From positions 1 through 43,111 of the IMG/VR virus record IMGVR_UViG_3300020414_000729: a DNA stretch of 43,111 nt; one strand, given 5' to 3'. The position numbers and the translations under genes are program-made. Numbering within the stretch: the stretch's first letter is position 1; every line of letters starts with the position of its first letter. Below the pieces are notes generated by a model. The model saw nothing but the letters and a program-made list of their open reading frames with translations. It had not been told where the DNA came from and did no database searches. Shown here in pieces: positions 35,038 to 43,111 of the stretch. The DNA is from a virus. Its lineage: Duplodnaviria; Caudoviricetes.

Positions 35038-36944
35038 CTTCTCCCGTTAGGTTTTATTTCTATTCTATTATTACCTAATCGCCAACCTGTGTCTGTGTTT
35101 CCTGGATATGAAGCGTCATCATCAGATTCAAAACGCACAGCTATCTGTCTTGATCTTGATCTTAAATCTACTTTAGCTGTATCACCAGCCACTACATTTG
35201 TACTATTTGTAGTTAAAGTTTCTCCTGGAGCATTACGAGTTTTTAATACAAAATTTATTTGACCATCACTAGAGTTGTTTAAAAACCTAACGTCTGGTAT
35301 AAGTTTGCTCACAAAACTAAATTGATCACCATCTTCCATGTCCATATCAGAACTTTCTATAAATACATTAGTCATAGGGCTACCGTCATCATCATAACCA
35401 AACTCATGTTGATATAAATAATTACTACCTGTAGCTCTCGGGTATGGTTCTGTGCCTGCGTCTAACCAAGCTGTTCTGCTTAATTGACCATAAGCCCATG
35501 CATTATTAGCGTAGTTATAAGAAACATATCTATCTATCTCACTCCCACCAGCAGAAGTATAAAACCAACCTACTTCATCAAACTCTTCATTTAAAAAAGC
35601 ATGAAATTTATATGCTTCCGAAATATTCAAATCATTAAATACATAACTTAAAACAGAACAAGGTATTTTTTGTACTGTTCCTGTGTATACATAAAAGTTA
35701 TCAATAGCCATCCAAAAAACACCTTTAGAGGTGACTATTGCTGCATTAGGTCCAATTAATCCTGTTTCTTTATTTATTAAATTTATACCAAATGTAAAAG
35801 GTGGTCCAACAAACTGCATACTATACAAAGCAGTATCAGTCCAAACTAATATCTCTTGCCTAGATTTTTGAGCACCAATAATTATACTTCCTTCTGATAA
35901 AGTTAAAGAACCAGCAGTATTTGTACTTTTAGGTTCCCACTCTGATATATTTTCTTGGTCACAAAATGCTATGAAAAGTGGATCTTGTACTCCTGTTCTT
36001 GCTGTACCTGCAGCATTTAAAGGGTCAGCACCCATAACGATAGCATGCCTATCTACTTGAGAAACTAGGGTCACTAAACCAACAGTTGGAGCTAAATTAG
36101 ATCCTGCTAAATCTGTTAAATTTTTAGCTCTATTATTTGATGGGTTAGTTGCCCAAGATACTCCTGCAGAATTATCCCAATAAAAAACTCCGCCATTTCT
36201 TGGATTGATTAGTAAATCTTCACCAAAATTATCATGAGACCACAGTCTTAATTGATTACCAAAAGCTAGTGGACTAGTAGAACCGAAAGTACTTTCTCCC
36301 CAAGCACCTGCTCCCCAACCTGTACCTGATACATAATTATCAAGACCTATCTGTATTTGATAATAACCTATCACGCTACTTCCACCTTTGCCACTTCCTG
36401 CATCTGAAGCATTTGCTGTCACTGGGACAGTAAATGTATAAGTGTTGACGGTTGGTACAGAAACTACTTCAAAACCAGATTGATTAAGTGAAGTACCTTC
36501 TTGGTTTATAACATCAGCTGTTATATTACCACCAAAAGTTGCTGCACCACTAAAACTTACATAATCTCCTACAGATAACCCATGATTACTGTCCGTAGCA
36601 GTTATTGTGCTTGAGCCATCACTTGCAGCAAAAGTGACATCTCCTGCAGCAGTTGTTTCTCGTAAAGGGGTTATATCGTAAAAACTACCACCTTCTTCTA
36701 CATAGTATTTTACAGTTGTGCCTAAACCTAAAAATTTAGTTCCTACTAAATTTGTCCATCCATGTAAAGCTCTACAGTTGCCTTCAAAAGTATTACTGTT
36801 ATCTTTTCTCCAGCCACCTATTTTTTCAGGGAGACCTTTAGCAAACCTAATTAAATTTCCATCAAACCAACCGTTCTCATTAGAGTAATTTGTGTTTTCT
36901 CTATTGATTCCAGGTCTGAACTGTATAGTTGTAAGTTTTGTCAT
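35034..36944 (-). CDS. Tail tubular / packaged-DNA stabilisation protein (P22 gp10-like)
   Basis: 636 aa, beta-rich; FRPGINRE start, GWGAGAWG motif; position upstream of ejection proteins. Confidence 0.6.
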   Translation of the reverse strand: MTKLTTIQFRPGINRENTNYSNENGWFDGNLIRFAKGLPEKIGGWRKDNSNTFEGNCRALHGWTNLVGTKFLGLGTTVKYYVEEGGSFYDITPLRETTAAGDVTFAASDGSSTITATDSNHGLSVGDYVSFSGAATFGGNITADVINQEGTSLNQSGFEVVSVPTVNTYTFTVPVTANASDAGSGKGGSSVIGYYQIQIGLDNYVSGTGWGAGAWGESTFGSTSPLAFGNQLRLWSHDNFGEDLLINPRNGGVFYWDNSAGVSWATNPSNNRAKNLTDLAGSNLAPTVGLVTLVSQVDRHAIVMGADPLNAAGTARTGVQDPLFIAFCDQENISEWEPKSTNTAGSLTLSEGSIIIGAQKSRQEILVWTDTALYSMQFVGPPFTFGINLINKETGLIGPNAAIVTSKGVFWMAIDNFYVYTGTVQKIPCSVLSYVFNDLNISEAYKFHAFLNEEFDEVGWFYTSAGGSEIDRYVSYNYANNAWAYGQLSRTAWLDAGTEPYPRATGSNYLYQHEFGYDDDGSPMTNVFIESSDMDMEDGDQFSFVSKLIPDVRFLNNSSDGQINFVLKTRNAPGETLTTNSTNVVAGDTAKVDLRSRSRQIAVRFESDDDASYPGNTDTGWRLGNNRIEIKPNGRR

Positions 36945-37411
36945 TCTATAACTCTATATGTTTTACCGTCGTAAGAAAAACTATTTCTTCTATTTTCTTC
37001 TGGTGATACATAACTTACATGTACCCAACCACTGTGTGGATCCACACCGTCATAATATTCGAGAATAATTTGGTCGTAGTCAAGTTTTTCTTTAATGTAA
37101 TGTAAGAGCTCCTCGTTATCTATTCCAGGAAGTTCTATATCTACGGCTTGACCTAGAGTGTGTTGACTAGTGTCACGAGAGCCAAGTTTTCTATTGAGCT
37201 CCAAACAGCGATAGCCAGAATTAGGACTAAAAGGTTTGCCGAAATTATTTCGTATGGGTTCAAGTATTTCTCCACAAAGAGATTTTAAATTATTAAATAT
37301 TGTTTCGTCTTGAACTGTATTATCAATACCATTACGCAAAGCAACTTGAGATTTTTCAAGTTCTCTTAATCTAAAATGTTTTGATAATCTAGTTTCCGAG
37401 GAGAACTTCAT
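36941..37411 (-). CDS. Endolysin, peptidase M15A (start revised to MKFSSE)
   Basis: SGYR, SQH..GQAVD, WVHVS; AGGAG RBS before 37411. Confidence 0.88.
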   Translation of the reverse strand: MKFSSETRLSKHFRLRELEKSQVALRNGIDNTVQDETIFNNLKSLCGEILEPIRNNFGKPFSPNSGYRCLELNRKLGSRDTSQHTLGQAVDIELPGIDNEELLHYIKEKLDYDQIILEYYDGVDPHSGWVHVSYVSPEENRRNSFSYDGKTYRVIE

Positions 37412-37421
37412 TTTCGTTCTC

Positions 37422-37634
37422 CTAAAACAAGGCAAATTTTACTAAAAATCCAATAATAGTTAAAGAAATAGTCACAATAAATATCAAGCCATTCCTAATA
37501 GTTCTATTAATGGAAGAAACACCACTTTCAATAGAGTCAAGTCTGCGATAGTTTTCTTTCCATCGCTGGTCACATGCTGCTTCATGAGCACTTAACCTTT
37601 TATCTAACTCAGTGACTGTTGCTCTTTTTGCCAT
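37422..37634 (-). CDS. Small coiled-coil protein with C-terminal TM (XhlA-like, lysis-associated)
   Basis: HEAAC..RW coiled coil plus hydrophobic tail; next to the endolysin. Confidence 0.6.
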   Translation of the reverse strand: MAKRATVTELDKRLSAHEAACDQRWKENYRRLDSIESGVSSINRTIRNGLIFIVTISLTIIGFLVKFALF

Positions 37635-37635
37635 T

Positions 37636-37770
37636 TTAAAAATGATTTTTTAAATTTTCCCAGTATTCAACAGCTTTTTTATTTACAAACCTGTTGATGT
37701 CTGGTCTTACTGCTTTAAGTATAACTTTTCCTACAATTAAAATTAAAGCTATCCATATTATAATTTCCAT
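37636..37770 (-). CDS. 44 aa membrane peptide (MEIIIWIALILIVGKVIL...), not in ORF track
   Basis: GAGGT RBS; fills the gap; N-terminal TM. Confidence 0.6.
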   Translation of the reverse strand: MEIIIWIALILIVGKVILKAVRPDINRFVNKKAVEYWENLKNHF

Positions 37771-37777
37771 ATTTACC

Positions 37778-38416
37778 TCATGAGAAAGTGACTACGTGAT
37801 TTGGACCTGCCCCACTATAAGCAGTAAAGTAAGTTCCAAAAGTTTGATAACTGGTGGGAGATGGCATGTTCCATGTCCATGAAGTGTACCAGCCAGAAGG
37901 GGCACTGGCATCTTTGACTTGAAGGAAATAATCTGCTCCAGTTCTGCTAAAACTATTAGTTGAACTATTCCAACTTGGACCAGAACAGTTCGTTATTGAT
38001 ATACTGTTCCAATTAGCATTACTCATTTTACCATCTACTTTAAGAGAAACTGCTGTATTACCGAAAAAACCTCCAGAGGAGAGTGATAGTAAAGTTTTAC
38101 CAGAAATACCAGTTATAGAAGTTGCAGTGGTTGTGCCCAAGAGAGTACCACCATTATATGCTTGTTGTTTGTACCCCCATGTGAAGTACTGTTGATAATA
38201 TGCATTTATCGTAAATGTTTGTGCTACTGTTCCTGTTGAAGCTTCTTCTTTCATTGCACCGTAAAAATCTGCAAAATCTGATTGTGCTTCTGAGGATTTG
38301 CCTATTAAATCCCTTATATCTGAATCATTTATGGTACAAGCAGTAGTAGAAGAACCTCCAGCTTCTACGTGGATCTCATTTAAATCTATTGCTCCACTAG
38401 TTGGAAGTTGGGGCAT
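37778..38416 (-). CDS. Putative tail-fibre tip adhesin (copy 1)
   Basis: N-terminus SGAI.L...HVEAGGSS...IND.DIR shared with 41829..42497; follows an S74-capped fibre. Confidence 0.6.
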   Translation of the reverse strand: MPQLPTSGAIDLNEIHVEAGGSSTTACTINDSDIRDLIGKSSEAQSDFADFYGAMKEEASTGTVAQTFTINAYYQQYFTWGYKQQAYNGGTLLGTTTATSITGISGKTLLSLSSGGFFGNTAVSLKVDGKMSNANWNSISITNCSGPSWNSSTNSFSRTGADYFLQVKDASAPSGWYTSWTWNMPSPTSYQTFGTYFTAYSGAGPNHVVTFS

Positions 38417-39710
38417 TTTTTAGTTCCTCTACTTGTTTACTTAAATCTTTTACTGCTTCTATAAGTAGCCCAACGGTATTGGCATATTTCATAGTTTTTA
38501 CTGTCCCCAGTTCTTTGTCTTCATGTTCATCTACTAGCTCTGGCACTATCTTCTCTACTTCGTTAGCTACCACTCCTATTTCTTTTGACTTGTTTGATTT
38601 TTTAGTGAAGTGTACACCTCTTAATTTTTTTACTTTATCTAAAGCGTTTTCAATTTGGTAAATATCTTCTTTAAGTGCCATATCAGAATATGCACCTACA
38701 TTACCTGTGGCTGTAAGATTACCACTGGTATCAAGAGTCAACATAGTAGATCCAGAATTATTGTCAACTCTCCATTGAGTATCAAATTTCATTATAGTGT
38801 TAGCGTTTGTAGTGAAATAAAGTCTATTCCTACCATCAGCAGAACTAATCCAAGCATCATTAGGTAAAGCTGCATTTAATTTAGTACCTAATTGCGTTTG
38901 TATAGCAGAAGTCACACCGTCTAAATACCCTAGTTCTGTAGAAGTGACAGCACTCACCGATACATCACCGTTAGAGTCAGAAACTAAAGCTCTAGATGCA
39001 GTTAGGTCAGCCATTTTACTAAAAGCTATCGCTGCACCAGATGCGACACTTGCGTTTACAACTGCATCACTAGCTAATTGATCTGCACCTACTGCGTCAT
39101 CTGCAACCATAGCCTGCTCCACAGCATCATTCGCTATAGTGACTGCACCACTACTGGCTATAGTCACATCTCCACTCACAGCCACAGGATTGTAATTTGT
39201 ACCGTCTGCAACTAATATATGACCACTGGTATTAGTAGCCATTTTTAAATCATCACCACCGATAGTTAGATCACCACTTATACTTAAATTTTCTAAAGCG
39301 TCTATTACTGCTGCACCAGACCCAGCACCATCTAAAACACAAATTTTAGTAGTACCATTAGGAACAGTGACTGTTGCTCCTGAACCTTGTTTAACTATAA
39401 TCGATTGAGAGCCAGAAGTAGCATTTTCAATAATCTGTACTCTTTTCATAGTATTTGGAGCTATGGTGACTGTACAGGTAGAATCTAAAGTACCAGTGTA
39501 TTTAACATACATGGCTCGTGCTTGATCGGTTGCACCGTCTGCTACTGTTGATAAATGAGCATCTGCGTCAGTGGTTATAGCTTCTGTACCATAACCTAAT
39601 GCTTCTCCTATCAGCTCTAAATTAGTGTTAGTGACTGTCCCCCATGTACCAGATTGGTCTCCAGTACCCATCTCATTTAATCTAAGATTATTAACGTATG
39701 TACTTGCCAT
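38397..39710 (-). CDS. Tail fibre with C-terminal intramolecular chaperone (peptidase S74)
   Basis: AYSD..LKEDI...ALDKV..LRGV.F, GVVANEVE...PE; low-complexity shaft. Confidence 0.85.
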   Translation of the reverse strand: MASTYVNNLRLNEMGTGDQSGTWGTVTNTNLELIGEALGYGTEAITTDADAHLSTVADGATDQARAMYVKYTGTLDSTCTVTIAPNTMKRVQIIENATSGSQSIIVKQGSGATVTVPNGTTKICVLDGAGSGAAVIDALENLSISGDLTIGGDDLKMATNTSGHILVADGTNYNPVAVSGDVTIASSGAVTIANDAVEQAMVADDAVGADQLASDAVVNASVASGAAIAFSKMADLTASRALVSDSNGDVSVSAVTSTELGYLDGVTSAIQTQLGTKLNAALPNDAWISSADGRNRLYFTTNANTIMKFDTQWRVDNNSGSTMLTLDTSGNLTATGNVGAYSDMALKEDIYQIENALDKVKKLRGVHFTKKSNKSKEIGVVANEVEKIVPELVDEHEDKELGTVKTMKYANTVGLLIEAVKDLSKQVEELKNAPTSN

Positions 39711-39737
39711 TGTAAAATTATAATTTAATTAACAGAA

Positions 39738-40706
39738 TTAAGCTACTTCTTCCCAATTAGGTGTTTGACTATCATCTACATTACTATAGCTAGGTGTCTG
39801 ACTATCATTTACATTACTATAGTTAGGTGTTTGACTATCACCCACATCACTATAATTAGGTGTCTGACTATCATTTACACCACTATAGTTAGGTGTTTGA
39901 CTATCATCTACCATACCCCAAATCAGTATTTTTGGTTCACCTGTTGTGCCTACTTGTCCTGCAGGAGTTATATTAGCTTTACCAATAAATGATAAAGAGC
40001 CTACTGATGCTGTACTAGAAACACCAGAAACACTAACTTTATTCTGTGTGGTTATGCTAGGATTATTTAAAGTAGCCTGTAAAGTTTGTCCTGCTACAGA
40101 AACATTAGCTTTACCTGTTATTGAAGATAACGTGCCCAAAGCTGATGTACTCGTTTGACCACTTACACTTACATTAGCTTCTGCGTCTGGAGTTATTGAG
40201 CCTACTGCACCTGTACCTACTTGGCTAGAAGGTGTTATATTTGCCTTACCTATAATAGAGAGTGAGCCTACTGCAGATGTACTAGTTTGACCTGTGACGC
40301 TAACATTAGCATCTGCGTTTGTGCTTACGCTTACAGAACCAACACTACCCGATACTCCAGGAAGAGAAGCTATAGCTTGTGCGTTTACTCCTGCTGTCGG
40401 TGAACCAGAAGTACCAGTTTGCCCAGTCAAAGTTTGATTTGCTTCACCTATTTGTGAAGTTGTGCCTAGTGCACTTGTACTGGCTAAACCTGATAAAGTT
40501 AGATTAGCTTCAGCGTCTGTTGTAATAGTGCCTAAAGCTGAAGTTCCTACTTGAGAAGCAGGGGTTATATTTGCCTTACCTATAGAAGTAAGACTACCTA
40601 CAGCTCCAGTACTTGATTGACCTGTGACACTTACATTTACACTCGCAGAGTCATCTCCAGCTAATGCTGAAAATGGAGTTTCTGAAAATGCACTTATACC
40701 AAACAT
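39738..40706 (-). CDS. Ser/Thr/Gly-rich repetitive virion protein
   Basis: About 19 aa internal repeats (AN....GQ..T.A.G); C-terminal DSQTPNY repeats. Confidence 0.65.
   Translation of the reverse strand: MFGISAFSETPFSALAGDDSASVNVSVTGQSSTGAVGSLTSIGKANITPASQVGTSALGTITTDAEANLTLSGLASTSALGTTSQIGEANQTLTGQTGTSGSPTAGVNAQAIASLPGVSGSVGSVSVSTNADANVSVTGQTSTSAVGSLSIIGKANITPSSQVGTGAVGSITPDAEANVSVSGQTSTSALGTLSSITGKANVSVAGQTLQATLNNPSITTQNKVSVSGVSSTASVGSLSFIGKANITPAGQVGTTGEPKILIWGMVDDSQTPNYSGVNDSQTPNYSDVGDSQTPNYSNVNDSQTPSYSNVDDSQTPNWEEVA
39755..39912. repeat. Five 33-nt tandem repeats encoding DSQTPNYSxVx
   Basis: TAGGTGTyTGACTATCA at 39758, 39791, 39824, 39857 and 39890. Confidence 0.9.
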
Positions 40707-40708
40707 AA

Positions 40709-40813
40709 TTAATTATGAAATTTTTTTCTAAATTCTTTGCGTAATTTCTTTTCTTCCTCTACTTTTTTATAGAATTTTTTATCTATTTCTTTTGTGTTTA
40801 ATTTTAAAGCCAT
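40709..40813 (-). CDS. Possible 34 aa basic peptide (MALKLNTKEIDKK...)
   Basis: Open frame exactly fills the gap; GAGG/AAGG upstream. Confidence 0.4.
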   Translation of the reverse strand: MALKLNTKEIDKKFYKKVEEEKKLRKEFRKKFHN

Positions 40814-41832
40814 TCGCCTTCCTCTGTAGGATAACGAATATATCCTTTAACTTGTTTTATTTCTAAAGTGTTTTTGTCATAAACTAAGCCGTATATCCAA
40901 ATAAAATCATCTTCTCTGCTTTCTGGTATAGGAAAGGTGAGTCCTTTTTTCTCACAAAATTCTTTCATAATATCTTTTGTAGTAGTAAAGAAAACATCAT
41001 ACTCATCTGCTTCTGTACCATCTTCATTAAAAATTTTTGCAAAAAAGAAAGTTCCATGTCGTACAGAATAAACAGGTACTTCTGGTCTAGGTATAAAAGT
41101 GTCAGGATGTTTTTGATAATTACTTGTATATTCATCATCGGATATAACAGCTTTTAATTGTTTTTTACCTGATACGGTATTGTATTTTACAGCGTGCCAT
41201 ATTTTATATGTATACCCAACATCTTTTACTTTAAATTCATCTAACAACTCCTGTGTAGGTTTACTATAAACATTATACCAACTGTAAGTTTTCACATTCG
41301 TGTATGGTGGTCTTAATGGGGCATCATCGTGAGCAGTGTAAGTTCCTAATATATTAAATTTATTTTGTTTCCAATCTTGGTCTTTACCGAAAACTTTTTC
41401 TATTTCTTCTATAAGAGGCTGGGCTTGATGTAAGCCAATATTGTAGTCAGTTCTTACTAATTTTTTATTTACATAAACTTCATCATAAGTGTTGGTGCTT
41501 TTAGGTACACTTGTATTACTTGGTACACCTACTCCTAAATCTCCATCTGAAGGAGCTACTAATGTACTTGTTTCTAAAAAATTGTGATATTCATTTGCTG
41601 CCCATAATTCTTTTAAATACTTAACATCAGCTTCTTTTACATAAGTACCATCTTCTTTTTCTATTAATACATTTTTACTATCAGATTTATTGTATTCCAT
41701 GTATATAGGTTCTTTTGAAACAGGATGTACTACATTAAGCGTTAATTTATTAAAAGGTACGTCTTCATGGTCAATATCTTTACTAGTGCCTACACTCGCT
41801 AAAATTGATTTTTCTAATTTAATCTCACTCAT
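40804..41832 (-). CDS. Hypothetical protein in the tail module
   Basis: 342 aa ORF, ATGA-coupled to the upstream adhesin-like gene. Confidence 0.75.
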   Translation of the reverse strand: MSEIKLEKSILASVGTSKDIDHEDVPFNKLTLNVVHPVSKEPIYMEYNKSDSKNVLIEKEDGTYVKEADVKYLKELWAANEYHNFLETSTLVAPSDGDLGVGVPSNTSVPKSTNTYDEVYVNKKLVRTDYNIGLHQAQPLIEEIEKVFGKDQDWKQNKFNILGTYTAHDDAPLRPPYTNVKTYSWYNVYSKPTQELLDEFKVKDVGYTYKIWHAVKYNTVSGKKQLKAVISDDEYTSNYQKHPDTFIPRPEVPVYSVRHGTFFFAKIFNEDGTEADEYDVFFTTTKDIMKEFCEKKGLTFPIPESREDDFIWIYGLVYDKNTLEIKQVKGYIRYPTEEGEWL

Positions 41833-42497
41833 CTTGACCTACGAAAAGTTATTGTATTACTCGCACCATCCCCTCCAAATGGACCCATGTTTGAACTAGA
41901 GTCAGTTGGAGTTCCTGCTGCACCTGCGTTGCCAGTACCTGAGTTTATTACCCAAAGACTGTATGGTCTATCGGCATTATTATTTTGTGAAAAAGTGCAA
42001 TCACTTCTGTTGTAAGTAAAACCATTTATTACAACACTTTTAAAAGCTGTATCGTTGTTTGTAATAGTGCCATTGTCTCCAATTTGTATACGAACAGCGT
42101 TTGTGGATGTTCCATTTTCTCCTCGAGCATACAAAACATCTATAACAGCGTTAGCAAAATAGTCTGAATCTTGGTTGTCATTTATACTCCCTAATCCATC
42201 ATTTCCTTTAGGTTGGTCACTTCCTTGAAAAGTTGTAGTAGTGTGGAACCCCCTATACCTAGTGACTGTAGTCACATAATCAACAGTAACAGATGTTGTA
42301 GTATCGGCTACTGTCATAGTAAAAGAAAAGTCTGCCGCACGATTATAATAATCATTCCAAGAAGCTGTTGCTCCTGAACTTTTATCTGCAATTAATCGTA
42401 TATCGGCATCGTTTATACTACATTCTGAGCCAGAACTGCCACCTGCTTCAACGTGCATATCATCTAAACTTATGGCACCTGAACTTGGAGTAGCCAT
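41829..42497 (-). CDS. Putative tail-fibre tip adhesin (copy 2)
   Basis: Same N-terminal domain as 37778..38416 with a divergent C-terminus. Confidence 0.6.
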   Translation of the reverse strand: MATPSSGAISLDDMHVEAGGSSGSECSINDADIRLIADKSSGATASWNDYYNRAADFSFTMTVADTTTSVTVDYVTTVTRYRGFHTTTTFQGSDQPKGNDGLGSINDNQDSDYFANAVIDVLYARGENGTSTNAVRIQIGDNGTITNNDTAFKSVVINGFTYNRSDCTFSQNNNADRPYSLWVINSGTGNAGAAGTPTDSSSNMGPFGGDGASNTITFRRSR

Positions 42498-43111
42498 TAT
42501 TTACCCTCTAATTCTTTTACTCTAGCTTCTAATTCTTTTATAGCTTCTACTAATAAACCTACTGTGTTGCCATAACGAATTGCTAAGTGTTCCTCATCTT
42601 CTAAATTTTTTGCTGTGTAAACTGCCTCTGGTAATACTTTTTCTAAATCTTGTGCTATTAACCCTGTAAGTCTATTACCATCAGATTTTAAGTCATAAGT
42701 AATACCTTTAAGTTGTTTTACTTTATCTAAAGCATTATCTATAACTTCTATATTTTCTTTTAGTTTTATATCAGAAGGAGTTCCATAAGCTGTAATGTTT
42801 CCTGTAGCAACTAAATTCCCGCCACTATCAAGCCTCATTCTTTCTGCTAAAGTGCCACCAGAAGCCTGAGTATAAAAACCTAAATCAATAGCGTCTGTTC
42901 CATCCTTTCCAGCTTTTAGTTCTACGACATTACCATTGTTTGCTACAAGTAAATTAGCATCTGAGCTTTCACCAACTCGGATAGAATTATTAAATATTGC
43001 AGCACCTGCTTCAGAGGCATCTATAGTCAATGCTACTATTTCAGAGCCACCATCATTAACTCTAAATATCATGTCTTTATCTGACGTAGAAGCACGAAGT
43101 GTAAAGTTTGC
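42497..43111 (-). CDS. Tail fibre C-terminal part with peptidase S74 chaperone (5' truncated)
   Basis: PSDIKLKENI...ALDKV..LKG, GLIAQD...LPEAV; frame stays open to the window edge. Confidence 0.85.
   Translation of the reverse strand, partial: ANFTLRASTSDKDMIFRVNDGGSEIVALTIDASEAGAAIFNNSIRVGESSDANLLVANNGNVVELKAGKDGTDAIDLGFYTQASGGTLAERMRLDSGGNLVATGNITAYGTPSDIKLKENIEVIDNALDKVKQLKGITYDLKSDGNRLTGLIAQDLEKVLPEAVYTAKNLEDEEHLAIRYGNTVGLLVEAIKELEARVKELEGK

Noticed and set aside
1796-41899. Short plus-strand ORFs from the track and 24328..24642 on the minus strand
   Set aside because: They are antisense shadows of well-supported genes, with no recognisable motifs or RBS.
1-43111. tRNA/rRNA genes, IS elements, introns, inteins, DGR
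   Set aside because: No cloverleaf, transposase, reverse transcriptase or interrupted core gene was visible by eye; tRNAscan-SE and Infernal were not run.

Overview
AT-rich 43 kb segment of a dsDNA tailed bacteriophage genome. The gene content suggests a marine or aquatic podovirus-like phage, but the host cannot be identified from sequence alone. All supported genes lie on the minus strand except one SNF2 helicase. In the direction of transcription (right to left) the window holds: (1) two tail-fibre/adhesin-like modules, an M15 endolysin, a tail/stabilisation protein, an HNH-like gene, a holin and four putative ejection proteins (25.7-43.1 kb); (2) a divergent control region with repeats (24.0-24.3 kb); (3) a replication operon (AlkB-like oxygenase, SSB, AEP primase, UvrD helicase, Cas4-like nuclease, family A polymerase) containing a thymine-hypermodification cluster. 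That cluster has a dUMP hydroxymethylase-type TS homologue, a 5-hmdU DNA kinase and a TAGT/JGT-like glycosyltransferase, with an Nmad1-like protein and a cytidylyltransferase nearby, but no recognisable amino-acid:DNA transferase; (4) accessory genes and a TerS-like gene; (5) an 8 kb array of small genes, with about 12 copies of a near-palindromic promoter element each heading one gene or a few. The best candidates for undescribed biology are the kinase+glycosyltransferase base-modification pathway, three intergenic hairpins exposing anti-Shine-Dalgarno sequences, and the promoter-cassette array with phased SATS boxes. All protein family calls come from motif recognition by eye, not database searches. 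Capsid, portal and TerL genes are not in the window.
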